Source: Lingula anatina (Eukaryota; Animalia; Brachiopoda). From it: a stretch of DNA of 64,000 nt. This document shows, in pieces, positions 1-25,040 of the stretch (the stretch's first letter is position 1; each line of letters begins with the position of its first letter). The notes beneath the pieces are model-generated. The model had not been told where the DNA came from. It was given only the letters and a program-made list of their open reading frames with translations, and did no database searches. Position numbers and translations under genes: made by a program. The DNA is taken from the NCBI GenBank assembly GCA_051362555.1, contig CM120648.1:2767721-2831720 (forward strand). The letters are read 5' to 3'.

Positions 1-22
1 AACTGCCCTCTATCCACTGTAG

Positions 23-3000
23 GTGGTACCATCGCTGCAGCCTGGGCAGCTATGAGGGTTTTAGGGGAGGACGGGTACACAGATATCGCCCGTCAACTGA
101 TGAACGCTAGGGACAAAGTTCTGGACGCTGTGCGCAATATTCCTGTAAGTAATGAATGGGAAGCGGACCCTCTGTCACGGGGGACTCTCTGTCACGTTAC
201 ACCGGTCACTAATATACTTTACAAAATACAAAATAAAACTACAGTCTCCATAAATACACAGAATTAAAACAAACCCAAACACTTACGTAACTGTAGAGTC
301 ATGGAAAGAGAACCATTTTACAGGTACCTCTCCTCTCTGGGTCAGGTAGCAGTATGATCTAGGTGTAGTCTCATGAGTGTCACATGAGTGATTACATTTA
401 CTTCACACCTGACTGACACAGCGAACACTTATGTTGTGTTCGTGCATTTTCCTACCTTCACCCGGTGTGCTCTCCCTGCGCGGAGAGCGCGCAATTACGG
501 TAAGTACTGCGCACACCAGGTGGAGAGTCCAACTTCCCTGCCTGATCCCGGTGAGTACAACTCAACCACAGCTACCGTGCAGACGTGTACGGTACAGACG
601 ACAAAAATAATCAGAATTGAGACACAATACACAGTGATCTACAATCTCACTCCGTAAGTAGAACCAGTGAATACTTTATTGGCGACAAGGCATTCGTAAC
701 TTGTAATTTTGCGGGCCTAAAGCTTAGTTTTCGCTGCGATCTAGCTGAAAGTGGATTACGCGTTAAATTCCTTTGTCTAACATCCTTTTGAATAATTGGG
801 TGGAGCGGCGGTCAAAATTGTAAATTCAATTTTGGATCATAAAGGTTACCGCTTCAGGAGACACTGGTATTTGTTGCGTATCTACTGTATTTTCAGTGCT
901 TACGTGTGTGAATTGTGATATAAAGGAGACGTTGGTCTCATTCCCCTGTGTGTTGTTATCAAAGCTGAATTTACCCCAAGACTGAGGTGCACACATAATA
1001 CTTTAGTTTCTTTGTTTCTTTAGTTTATTTGAAAGAATAAAATATTGACTTTAGTGTTGTTGTTGATTATTCTTTTGTATTTTAGATAGGATTCTGAACA
1101 GAATTTCTGTCTAAATTCAACTTATTGCGTTGTGTGCCGAAGTCTTCTTTCCCCGAATTTGAATTAACTGTACGTTTTTGGATTCTATTTATAGTGAATT
1201 TCGCTATAAGCTTGGTAGTGTATTGTGCTTTGATAGGTGAAATTATTTTGAATCAATTTAATTCTCGCTTACAAATGTACAATGGCGAGTGCATCAAGGT
1301 TGCCAATCAATCGTGCGACTTACGATGAGCTCGTTACGCTGCCGGGTATAGGTCCTAAACGTGCAGAAAGGATAATATACGCTAGAGAGCGAGGGATCCC
1401 CGTGACCAGATCCAACATTTTGGAAATTTGTGGATCCAATACCGGATCAAATAAAATCAAAAATTTCTCTTTTGAGGGTACTCACAGCAGTGAGTTAGGA
1501 TCTGAAGTCAAAATGGGTGACCTAGACCCTAGCGTATTATCCACTCAAAAAGCTAATTGCACAACTTCTAAAGTGACTTCCTACATTCAGCATGAAGGAA
1601 GAGCGGCTGCTGAGAGATATAGGGTGGAATTTGAAAAAATTCTCAAACTGGGTGAAAAAATTCAACACCAAGAACAAATTTCTCGCAGTAAAAATATAAA
1701 AAACGCTGCTAATTATTCACCATCAACGTATTCTAAATTAAAATCTTCTTCAAAATCCCATTTTCACTCAGCTATTGACCCAAAATCTTTCACATCGCAG
1801 CCAGCCACTTTAGCCTCTGAATACGACATTTTTGCTCTGCCTATTGAGAGGCTGCGTGCCAATAACAAAGATAAAAAAGTAACATCTTCTGTGCATGCAA
1901 AGTCTCCAGGCCGCGTCATGAACCCTGATACTGTTACTTCCTTGCCGAATGGTAAGGACAGTAGTCGGCACTTTGCTCCGTCTATCCATAAGGGTGATGT
2001 GAATTGTGATCTGTATCAGTTTCATGTTCCTAAACCCGGACGGCGGCAACGACATGTTGAGCAAAATTTTGCCGATACAGTTCAACAAAATTATGATTAC
2101 CGGTCTAGTTCAATAGGAAAACATTATACGCGACCTAGAATCTCGTCTCCCGTTTTCTGTGACGAACCACTAATTTATGAAAGGGATAACAGTGAAAAAG
2201 AATACTTTCGGCTACCCAAATCAGAAAAAGTAGGTCCAAAAAGTAAAAAGGACAGAGTAGACCCCAGTGATTTACCTAAACAATTATCGTTTGACGGAAA
2301 CAGTGGCGACTGGGAGTCTTTCAGAAAAAGATATGAAAGTTATCGCCAGATAAAAGAGTGGTCAGAAAACGAGTGTCTGGACTACCTTCTGTGGTGTCTT
2401 GAAGGCGAGGCTTTGGTCCTGTATAATAGCCATCTCAGAGCAAATAAAAATGTGTCGTACACATCTATAATGAAAGAAATGGACTTAGTGTTCGGGATTA
2501 AAAAACATCCCGATTCGGCTCGCCTGGCATTTCATACTGCCGTTCAATCGCAAAACGAAACGTTAAACCAATGGCTGTGCCGCGTTTTGTTATTGGTCAG
2601 AGATGCTTATCCTGATAAATCGGAGTCTTTTAGGACAAAAGAAACAATATCAAAATTTTGTCAAGACTGTATTGATCAGGATGCTGGGCGTTATACTAGT
2701 TTAAAGCACCCAGCAAGCATCAGCGACGCAATGACACATATGGTGGACTATCAACATGTTTGTAAACCCACGAATAGTCAAAAAGAAACAAGAAAAGTTC
2801 GTGAAAAAATTCAAATATGTTCTCTTGATCTTGCAGCTAGAGAAAATCAACAATCTCCATCTGAAAATGTTGAAAAAATAGTTGAGTCCATCATAGAGAA
2901 ACGCGTCAGCCAGCAGCCAAAATTGAGCACAATTCAATTTAATTCAAGGGCTGTCTTGGAAAAAACGGTTGAACATTTGGTCAGGAAGTCCACACCTAAA

Positions 3001-6000
3001 ACATCAAGTGTGTGTTTCTTCTGTAAAAGAAAAGACCATTTTAAAAGAAATTGCCAGAAATATAAAGAGTTCTTAAAACGAAAAATTACTGAAAAAGAAT
3101 TCGAAAAACAAAAGCGAGCTGATAACGCTGAGTCATTTAAACTTGAGGTTCGAGCATCGAGTACATGTTCAAATACACCGTCTCAAATGCATGGCACTGA
3201 AAAACCTCACCTTGTAGAACAATCATTGCAGCAAAATCAACGTAGGGGCGTCGAGTGGGAGTCTGATCCTAGTATAGGTCAAAATGCTGGGCTTTCAAGC
3301 AAGTTTTCGTCCATTAGGTGGTCTCGGGTGTAGATCAATGGAAAAGTGGACGTGGGTGCGCTGATTTCTGTAATGTCATGGAGAGTGTATTGCGCGCATT
3401 TAAGGTTAGCCATCAGTTTTAAGTTGCCTCGACCTACTATCTCTTGCTGCAGGGAATAATCGGAAATTAGGAAAACGGGTTTGCATACATAATTTTGAGT
3501 CATTTTAGAATCAGTTGTTGTACATGTAGCACCAATGACAATTTAAAAATTGAATGCATATTTTCAGTGCAAAGTTTTCTGCAAATTGACGGAAAAGATA
3601 AAGCAGAATAAAGGATTCGTAGATCAAAGAAATAAGAGTAGCACCAGTACGTATAGTAAAAAGAAAAGGATAATGGAATCCCCAAAAAATCGGAACATGA
3701 TTCCATGCGAAATCAATAAACAGACTGAAAGGTAGTCATGGAAAGAAATAAAGAGTAAAATGGGGTTACTGATTCAGAAAATGGTGCTGTCCGAAAATTC
3801 CGATCAATAAAGAAAACTTCATGCGATAAAGTCATGTGGTAGCTACAGTAGCAAATGACATTTTGGAAACCTCTAAATTGGATTGGTATAAGCTTAGGGG
3901 GGTGGATTGTAAAGTAAAAAAAAAAAAAAATCTGTGCCTGCATTATCAGTTACAAAGCTGATGAGACAACATGTACCGATGTACCGGTGGGAACACCTGA
4001 AATTATTCATAAAATCAGCTGTTTCTAGAACCGGTATCGAATCTTAAAATACGCTTGTGGGATAAAACATACTAGTGGAGGTTTTCATTCACCCTCCTAT
4101 AACTGGTAACATCCCTATAACAAGTGTACACCCGAACCAGACTTAACTTGTGGGATTAAATTCTGCAGGGGTTTCAAGTGTTAATTCCCCTAATTTCGAG
4201 AATATCCCTAGAACAAGTAACCGATTGAAAAGGACTAAATGTCACAGACTCTGAAGGTGGGTGGAAGCACTAAGGGCCCTTCAAGTGCCCCATTCACTGG
4301 AAGACGTTTGTAAAACTAAAAATTAACACAAAACTACCGGTAGTATAACATCTTTCAAGACTCCAAACATCGGGAGTCCAAACTTAAATAAAACCGCTGG
4401 TGACGTTCACTTTGGGCTAGACTCTTCGGGTTGCGTGTCTCTAGTAAAACGGGAAATCCCTGAACATCTAGAAGTGATGTTTAAAGTATCTAAAGGGAAT
4501 AGTGTAGAATCAAATTTAGAAGGGGTGTTTTCTAAATTGAAATATGTTTTTACTAGAGACAATTTTGATCTTGGTCGGTCTTAAGTCACTCAACGTGGAA
4601 ATGAAGCCGAGAATGCCGAGTCCCTTAAATCGCGTATGCGGTGGATGCTTGCGAGTGTCATGCAGAAAGCATAGGGGGCATTGTTAACGGAATGTTAACA
4701 ACCGGATTCATGCAAGGCTGACAAGAGTCTCAGTTTGTGTGGACATTAGCACCAGTGTTAAATAAGAAAACGTGACGTCACGGTGAAAAATTTCCAATGG
4801 GGAAAATTAAAAATATTGCTAGCAATATCCTTAAAGAATTAGACTATCACTTTGTGATGTAGTTTATTTTTGTGTTTAAGAAAAATGGCTACAGTCTATT
4901 AAGATCAATTAATGGACTATAACTGTTATGTAGCTTATTTCTGTGTTAACACATGACTACAGTCCATATGACTATCACTCTGTGATGTAGTTTATTTTGT
5001 GTTAATAAATCGCTACAGTCTATTGTGATCAATGGACTATAACTGTTATGTAGCTTTATTTTGTGTTAACACGTGACTACAGTCTAATTTGATGAAATTT
5101 TTGAAATACCGGGATCTTATTTTAGCATTCCATTTTTCTTTTCATTTATTTATGAGAATGTGACTGGCTGGTGAATGAACAGCCTATCACAGTCTGTTCT
5201 GCTGTTTATTTATTTTTTGTACTTTTTTTTTCGGCGGACTATCACCTCGGTGATGTTGTTAGCACTAACAGCTAATGACAGTCTGTACGAATATTTCAAC
5301 TGGAATCCACTTTATTTTATTTATCGAAAGGAATTTTGAGTTTGTACATGGACAAACATGTATTTATAAGTAGCTCCTTTCAAATAAAAGTGGGGGGAAT
5401 GTTGTGTTCGTGCATTTTCCTACCTTCACCCGGTGTGCTCTCCCTGCGCGGAGAGCGCGCAATTACGGTAAGTACTGCGCACACCAGGTGGAGAGTCCAA
5501 CTTCCCTGCCTGATCCCGGTGAGTACAACTCAACCACAGCTACCGTGCAGACGTGTACGGTACAGACGACAAAAATAATCAGAATTGAGACACAATACAC
5601 AGTGATCTACAATCTCACTCCGTAAGTAGAACCAGTGAATACTTTACTTATCAACTTACCTGTGGTTATCCCAGAACAATATCATCTTGTATTGGAATTA
5701 AAATTCTTAACAGAGTTCAAAACAGTCAAGGAAAGAACCGACCTGGGAATGTATTATTATTTATTAATATAGTTTATATATTTTGTTTTTGTTTTCCAAG
5801 AGCCTGCAGGTGGTTGGTGAGCCCCACATGACCATATTTGCACTGATGTCAGCAGATCCAAAATTTGATATACTGGTATTGGCAGATATCCTAGAGAATA
5901 AAGGTAAGGTTGGACAGTGGGCTGTGCATGTATGTTGATCATTTGGGTGGATTATTTAAGGGTTAGGTCCTAGAACAAAGTTGCGAGAAGCTACCGGTAA

Positions 6001-7019
6001 CACCCCTTTCGAAAACGAATGGCTTTTCAATTTACTCCTGAAATCACCCCTACCCCACCCCCACCACACCTAGCCATTTTGACGCCCTGGAAGAACATTT
6101 GTCATAGTTTCTAAATACACCAGTTAAAGCCTACTTGTTGCATGGTAATGCTGCTGGCATATATATTCTTAAGGTCTGAGTTCTAGATTTCAAGTGTACA
6201 TGCTTGTAGGATTCAATTATGTGTCAGTGATAAATAACATAACACTTAAAATCAAACGTGTTATTATTGTATCTAACTTTCAGGCTGGAAGATTGAACGC
6301 CAGCAACTTCCAAATTCGATTCACTTCACGCTGATGCCTCACCATCTGAACGTGCTGGACGGTTTCATTGCAGACCTGAAGACGGCGGCAGAGGAGGTAA
6401 AGGTAAGAGCAATCAGTTTGTCACAACTAGCGCAATGAAGGATGTGTGCTGAAGTCAAGTGTGAATACCGGTAACGCATATCAACCACTTGTGCTAGTTT
6501 CTTACACGACTCAAATAAAGTCGACATACTAAGGGATAAACAGAATTAATCTCTCGATCAGCCATAAAAGAGCTTTGAAACTGCGCCTTCTTCACTGTTT
6601 TGGTCGTAAGTAGACGTACCATTCCGTCACATGTAGCATAGAAAGAAAGCAGAAAATATTCATTCAAATATCACTTTTCGGCTAATATGAAATGAAATCC
6701 TTAGGCATTTCTTTAGTTTTCACAGTTTGAAACTATAAGTTGGCATCTGGAGGGCTTATGTGTCAAGAAATGATTTCAAATACATCATTAGGGTTTTATT
6801 CGTCAGTGAACTTTACTCACATTGATGGAAGATCAGATTTAAAACTTTATCAAAAATATTTTTAGATTAATTAAAACCAAGTTTCTCTCCCTCCAGGCAA
6901 ACCCTGGCCAGTCAGCTGGCGGCACTGCAGCCATGTACGGCATGATGGCCAAGATTCCGGACAAAGGAATTATTGACGATTTCATCGTGGAGTTCTTCAG
7001 CGAGATGTACAAGAATTAA
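23..7019 (+). CDS. SGPL1: Sphingosine-1-phosphate lyase-like, 3' part (5' end outside window); exons 23-144, 5801-5903, 6284-6402, 6897-7019
   Basis: GT-AG bounded exons splice in frame to GTIAAAWAAMRVLGEDGYTDIARQLM...SLQVVGEPHMTIFAL...GWKIERQQLPNSIHFTL...GTAAMYGMMAKIPDKGIIDDFIVEFFSEMYKN*, which matches the C-terminal region of S1P lyases. Confidence 0.85.
432..678 (+). repeat. 5' LTR
   Basis: Direct repeat identical to 5400-5646. Confidence 0.95.
1282..3333 (+). CDS. Gag polyprotein with N-terminal helix-hairpin-helix (ComEA/HHH_3-like) domain, capsid-like region and CCHC zinc knuckle
   Basis: 683-aa ORF: PINRATYDELVTLPGIGPKRAERIIYARE (HhH); LPKQLSFDGNSGDWESFRKRYESY...W...LLWCLEGEAL (Gypsy capsid-like); CFFCKRKDHFKRNC (CX2CX4HX4C). 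Confidence 0.88.
   Translation: MASASRLPINRATYDELVTLPGIGPKRAERIIYARERGIPVTRSNILEICGSNTGSNKIKNFSFEGTHSSELGSEVKMGDLDPSVLSTQKANCTTSKVTSYIQHEGRAAAERYRVEFEKILKLGEKIQHQEQISRSKNIKNAANYSPSTYSKLKSSSKSHFHSAIDPKSFTSQPATLASEYDIFALPIERLRANNKDKKVTSSVHAKSPGRVMNPDTVTSLPNGKDSSRHFAPSIHKGDVNCDLYQFHVPKPGRRQRHVEQNFADTVQQNYDYRSSSIGKHYTRPRISSPVFCDEPLIYERDNSEKEYFRLPKSEKVGPKSKKDRVDPSDLPKQLSFDGNSGDWESFRKRYESYRQIKEWSENECLDYLLWCLEGEALVLYNSHLRANKNVSYTSIMKEMDLVFGIKKHPDSARLAFHTAVQSQNETLNQWLCRVLLLVRDAYPDKSESFRTKETISKFCQDCIDQDAGRYTSLKHPASISDAMTHMVDYQHVCKPTNSQKETRKVREKIQICSLDLAARENQQSPSENVEKIVESIIEKRVSQQPKLSTIQFNSRAVLEKTVEHLVRKSTPKTSSVCFFCKRKDHFKRNCQKYKEFLKRKITEKEFEKQKRADNAESFKLEVRASSTCSNTPSQMHGTEKPHLVEQSLQQNQRRGVEWESDPSIGQNAGLSSKFSSIRWSRV
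3334..4790 (+). pseudogene. Decayed pol remnants (protease motif and start of reverse transcriptase)
   Basis: In frame after the gag TAG: INGKVDVGALISVMSWRVY, a degenerate D[TS]GA protease motif. At ~4453-4580: EIPEHLEVMF...KYVFTRDNFDLGRS; at ~4680-4790: GML..G...W..APVL.KKRD.TV. Both resemble the Gypsy pre-RT/RT start and are broken by stops and frameshifts. No RNase H or integrase seen. Confidence 0.6.
4841..5090 (+). repeat. Tandem repeats in the retroelement 3' untranslated region (two ~125-bp units built of related subunits)
   Basis: Recurring GACTATCACT(T/C)TGTGATGTAGTTT and ATGGACTATAACTGTTATGTAGCTT...GACTACAGTC. Confidence 0.8.
5400..5646 (+). repeat. 3' LTR
   Basis: Direct repeat identical to 432-678, preceded by the PPT and followed by the TSD CTTA. 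Confidence 0.95.
6482..6800 (+). repeat. Dispersed repeat, copy 1 (second copy at ~10787-11150)
   Basis: AACCACTT.T.CTAGTTTCTTA.ACGACT.AAATAAAGTC.ACA...AAGGGATAAAC... aligns colinearly with 10787 onward; family not identified. Confidence 0.75.
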
Positions 7020-7680
7020 CTCTCCATACTTTCGATACCGACACTTTTCTTTTGCTAATAGACTTAAGTTGGAAGTACTTGAACTTAATTTTATGATCAA
7101 ATATCAGCGAGATGTACAAGAATTCTTTGTCGATACCGACAATTTTCTTTTGCTTGTAGTTTTGAGTTAGAATTACTGATCTAAATTTTATGATCGCATA
7201 TCCGGTGCGTTCTTTTCTTAATAAGAAAGAAAGGCATTTTTATCCCCAAAAGGTCTATTCCTCACCTTATATAGGATTATGTTAAAAACAAGAATATTTG
7301 TTATCTCTGAATTATCCGTGCGTTTCCTGTTTTAATTTCAATACTGCTGAAAAGTAAGGTCATATTAGCGATCTTTAAGAAAGCATGTACGTTTTACGCT
7401 AACTGGGCTAGAAATGGGGGACCACGGCGAGCATGGAGTCGTTGATCTGTGAGGGGCACAATGTAAAACTTCACACGTGGCTTGGTGCCTGAGTCCTCCT
7501 CACATTCTGCAGTATATTTATCTGTATAGCAACGTTTTCACTGGTCGGGGGGGGGATGATCCCTTTAACAAGTTCACTTCAAGCTGTTTGGAACAATCAA
7601 AGCATTCCAATTTTGCCATGACATGTGTACGTGTTATATTAAAATGTTGGATATAACATGAAAGTAATATATTATGGCTG

Positions 7681-7686
7681 AATAAA
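7681..7686 (+). terminator. Candidate polyadenylation signal of the SGPL1-like gene
   Basis: AATAAA ~660 bp downstream of the stop, followed by (TTA)n; position-based inference only. Confidence 0.4.

Positions 7687-7687
<1 letters not shown>

Positions 7688-7727
<40 letters not shown>
7688..7727. repeat. (ATT)n microsatellite
   Basis: Direct reading. Confidence 0.95.
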
Positions 7728-7728
<1 letters not shown>

Positions 7729-10700
7729 ATAAAAATAGCATTCCATACAACCCTGTGTCACTGCTACACTATCTGTTCTCTAACATAACTAGACTCAAAC
7801 TGCCATTAATGACCTTTTACGATTAATTATTATTATTATTTTATTTTTTTTATTAAGGACAGGTAAAAATTTAAGACGTAGATATATCGACATGTCTACT
7901 GTTTATGACAGGGATGTAACAAAAGGGCGAGGTTAGATGGGATTTTCTCGTGATAACACCACATAAGAAAGTTATCCTCTATAACAGCTACACAGGTGAC
8001 TTATTGCCATGCGCCTATCTCGCCATCTACATTTTAAAAAAAAGTTGGCTCTCTGTATAGGACACAATCATAAACGGCCCATACTCTATAGCTATGTGCA
8101 GGGACACGTCTGTAAAGTGGCTCCACCTGTACATTACAAATCAGGGTCAATGCACAGGCATGCGGGAGGGCCGTGTCACTTGTTTGCACTGTTTTGTTGA
8201 CGTGCCCTTCTTCTCCGACAGAAATGTAGCTACTCGTATTTTTTTTTGGTCCTGGATGTTGTGCGCTGTTGCACAAGTTCTCTGTTAGGTGTGCATTTAA
8301 AGCTCTCTTTTATGAAAACACTGATGTTGTATTATTCACTCTCTTTTTCACACACACGTAACACACCAAGATATCTCCAGTGCTATTCCCGACAGATAAC
8401 TCGGTCTAGTTCTTACTATCAGTCGAGATACGCCTCTTTGCCCAGTCCTTTCACGTTATACTTGTACATGTATCATCATACACGTTTCTCCCTCGTGGTG
8501 ACTGTACTGGACGTTATCGAGAAGCCAGGTCGCTGACACTTATCGAGACAAGATTCCTGTCACACTGATTTGTGAACTTTTACAGGTACACAAGTAGTAG
8601 GTCAAATCTAGACCATGACGCTTAGAGAGGTCGACAATTGTCGCAGTCAGGGAGAGGAAGTGCACCGCAGGTAGGTCTAAGCCAGTGTGTATGAACCTCA
8701 AGTTAGTCTGATGTGTGGGACTGGTATCAGTAGGTCCAAGTATGAACATGATCGGACACCAGGGGGGTGCTGGGACCCACGCGACAGTGTAAATGACAAA
8801 ACCTGTAACTAAATTAGCAGCGGAGAATGGATCGGGTGTGTTTACAGCGCCTACCTGTAGCTGGGACATGGTTTGTTCAACTGCAATAACGACCTCTGGG
8901 GCTTTTACTACCTTTCTGCTACATGTAAATCTCCAATAAAGTATTAATTAGCAAAACTAGGAGTACTAGGTATTTAAGTTAAGAAGATAGCGAATCAATG
9001 CAATGTAATGTAATGGCAGTAATGCGAGCATGAAGAGGCACAGGTAGGGGTGTTGTTATCATAGAGATTTCTTAAAATAGATCATCAGCACAAGGCGCCC
9101 GAAGGCGCCCGAAGTTATTCAATGTACTGAGTGTAAATTGCAGGTACACATTCTAGAATTAAGTGTGCCCCCTCAGCAAATAGGTGACCCCCTCTCCCCC
9201 CACCCCTCCATCCCCTTATCCAGCCGTGCCAGGAGCTACGATTGTAGAGTGCATCTACATTTGTATTTATGGACTGCTGACGACATTGTCGTACACACAT
9301 ACTGTTTACCGTTATTATAACTGACCAACGCCCTCTAAGTGTCCAGCCATAAATGTCACATTCTTTAGATAAACGATGAGTGACCGTTCACTCGTTAATG
9401 CAGAGTTGGCCAAGCGTGGTGGTCGGTCATTGTATCGGCCAGCAGTATTGTACCCCACAGATTAACTCACTGACAGGTTAAATAAGGTGTGCTTTTAAGA
9501 CGTAGGCGTGGGCGCATTGGTTTGGGGTGGGAGGGGCTGACGGGTTGGGCTGGGGGGGGGGGGGGTTCCTGTACATGTTTATATGTGTTACTATCCAGCC
9601 GAGTACTAAGTCTACATGTACATATTTAGGTGAAGGTAAACATTTAACCTGTGTACCAATGCATGCAGTTGCTTAAACAGGCAGCACGTCAAATGTATAT
9701 ATATATAAACAAAAAATCTACAAACGTATTGTAGTTAAAGCAGTCTTGGAAGTTATTGTATAATACTTAAATTTTGTTTGCTTTTATTCGTGAAAGAGAG
9801 TACATGGTTACAGCATTGGAGGTTATCGCCTCGGACTGAAGTCTTGGAGAATATTTCACCCAGTAGACCTACCCAATACCATTAACCACTAGGTATGGGG
9901 TGCGAGTTGGGTGGGGGTGGGGGTGGGGGTGGGGGCTGCACAGCACCCTGGACGCTCCGGTATACATGACCTGGTCAGCGAAGCAAAGGAAAAGTGCATG
10001 TTTTATCTACCTTCCACTCCCCCCAATCTCCATACCTCCACCTGCTAGTGCTCCAGTTTATTGCCATTCATGACAGAAGACGGGGTCAGATGTCAGGTGA
10101 AGAGGAGACGATGGTATGCATGTTATGACATTGGGGGGCCTACCTACTGTATACCTTATCTCAGGAAAATAAACAGTCTTGAGGATCTCTTCTGTTTACC
10201 TTGCAGGTCAATCAGCTGACGAAATACATATCTATAGGTTCAGGAAAAAGTTCCGAATTTTGGATATTCTACTGATTTTGACAAAGAAGTCGTTCATTGC
10301 TGTATAAGTGGAGGGTAGCGCACAGCGCGGGACTGGCGTTCTACCGGTAGGTGTAAAAAGTGGTAAAGTTGAACTCTGAGCGTCTTGATGTCCGCACAGG
10401 GCAGATACCAGGACAGAATTGTCTAATTTTTTGTTTTATTTAACTTTATTAATTAACTATACACGAAGCCTGCATTGCGATCTGATATCGTGGCAGTCGC
10501 TGTGGGGAGCAATGTTTTGCTCAGTGATTCTTTAAAAAAAACATTGTCGTACGACGACAACAAAAAAGGTAAACCTAACTCAGCTGCTGGAATATTTACA
10601 CAAGGTAAGTCTTTTAAATTGCTGCCTCAGCTGTGACAGGAATGAATATACTTATATAGATTGCGTAAAGACGCCAAAGAACTCATCTATCATGGATTGC

Positions 10701-10786
10701 CATACTTTTATGGTATTATCTAAACTACTTTAAATGTACATTTTAAACTGAGCGTCGACGGAGTGAGGATTTTTAGTAACACATAT

Positions 10787-11150
10787 TAACCACTTATACT
10801 AGTTTCTTATACGACTTAAATAAAGTCAACACGTGAAGGGATAAACCAAATTATTCGCTAGATCATCCATAAAAGAGATTTAAACTGCACATTCTTCAAA
10901 CTTTTTGCCGTATTAAATACCTACTTAGGCCTACATGAATTCGGCCTACTAGATATAGAACTAATCTGCCTCGTTTAAATACAGAACAGAAAACGAGCAG
11001 AAAATCTGTTCAAATTTAATTTTTTTCGGGTGATTTTAAATGATATCTTTTGTTATTTTTCTTAGGTATACAATTTGGAACTATAAGGTTGTTTGTTTGT
11101 TGGCTTTTGTGCCAAACACTGACTTCATATCCGTCTTTAATGCCATTATC
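10787..11150 (+). repeat. Dispersed repeat, copy 2
   Basis: Diverged colinear match to 6482-6800. Confidence 0.75.
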
Positions 11151-11660
11151 TAGGAACACTTTAATGGGCTAGGCGTTTGCGTGCGACGCTTAATAGATTT
11201 TATCTTTTAAAATTGCTGATTGGATTTTGACACGCCAGTTTGAGCACAGTTTCTGGATGTCAGCTAGTATTAACTGTTGGTAAAAGTTGAGTCACTTGTT
11301 GTCTTGTTCCGCATGTTAAAGAAACCAGGATTATCGAAACAATCCGAAAACAAAAAAAGCTTGACACAGTCGAAGCCATAGTAAAGTTACGAAATGCTCG
11401 TAGTCGATGAGTTAAATTAAAAACCCAGTACGCTTTGGCAATAACGCTCTGATAACTTCTACACAGCACAAATGCATTGTTCTGCCATGGACAATACAGT
11501 AATTAATGTACCACATTTAACTTATACGCGAACAAGAACAGCCATGTCATCTGATGTTAAAATCACTCGTCCTGGACCTCTGTAATATACCATCTATAAT
11601 CTACTCATATTTTCTCTATGTAACAAGACAGCCATGGCATGAAAATCACTCGTACTTTAT

Positions 11661-11973
11661 GGGAGCAATCACATCGAGAAGAGCCGAGGTCAAGTAAGGC
11701 CGCGACCTAAATATGGCGGACCTACATGATAGAAAGACCGCTAATCCTGTAATGGTCTCTCCGGCTCTCACACGCCTCCCCACGCGTGTCCCTCGGCAGG
11801 TTGAAGTGATCTGAGATTTAATCACTGTGCCCCTGCAGGGACGACACGTGGGGAGGATTAACGGGATTAGCATTCTTCCTTTCATGTACACTAACACTGT
11901 CACTAACACTGTCACTGCCATATTTAGGTCCTGGCCTTACTAGACCTCGGCTGTTCTCGATGTGAATGCTCCC
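11661..11973. mobile_element. MITE with ~57-bp TIRs and 3-bp TSD (PIF/Harbinger-like)
   Basis: GGGAGCAATCACATCGAGAAGAGCCGAGGTC...GACCTCGGCTGTTCTCGATGTGAATGCTCCC, flanked by TAT on both sides. Confidence 0.8.
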
Positions 11974-12096
11974 TATCTCTGTAATATACCATATATGTAA
12001 TCTCGACACGTTTTCTTTATGTTGCAAGTATCTCTGTAATATACCATTTGTAATCTCTTCATGTTTTCTGTATATATTAATGTAGTAAAGGCAGCC

Positions 12097-24833
<12,737 letters not shown>

Positions 24834-24994
24834 TAATAGATATTGTACTGATATATAGCTTACTACACTGGAGGAAACATAGCGACGGTCCAACTGCCTC
24901 TCTACTACTATAATACCAGACATTGTACTGACATATAGTTTCATCTACATATCAACATCGGTCTTATGAAGTGCTTAGCCGCTTCCAAAAGCAA

Positions 24995-25039
<45 letters not shown>
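24995..25039. repeat. (AAT)n microsatellite in the 3' UTR region
   Basis: Direct reading. Confidence 0.95.

Positions 25040-25040
<1 letters not shown>

Larger units (their letters stand above)
432..5646 (+). mobile_element. Gypsy/Ty3-type LTR retrotransposon, non-autonomous (gag intact, pol decayed), inside an SGPL1 intron
   Basis: Two 247-bp LTRs (432-678, 5400-5646) identical by eye, TG...TA termini; 4-bp TSD CTTA (428-431, 5647-5650); PBS-like TGGCGACAAGG at 680; polypurine tract AAAAGTGGGGGGAA immediately before the 3' LTR. Confidence 0.93.

Noticed and set aside
388-657. ORF duplicated at 5404-5625
   Set aside because: It lies within the LTRs, so the duplication reflects LTR identity; no protein motif recognised.
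8009-9320. Several 60-109 aa ORFs between SGPL1 and ATP13A3
   Set aside because: No recognisable domains or consistent exon chain.
10207-10604. Possible non-coding 5' exon(s) of ATP13A3 (donor CAAG|GTAAGT at 10605)
   Set aside because: Plausible, but boundaries cannot be supported without transcript data.
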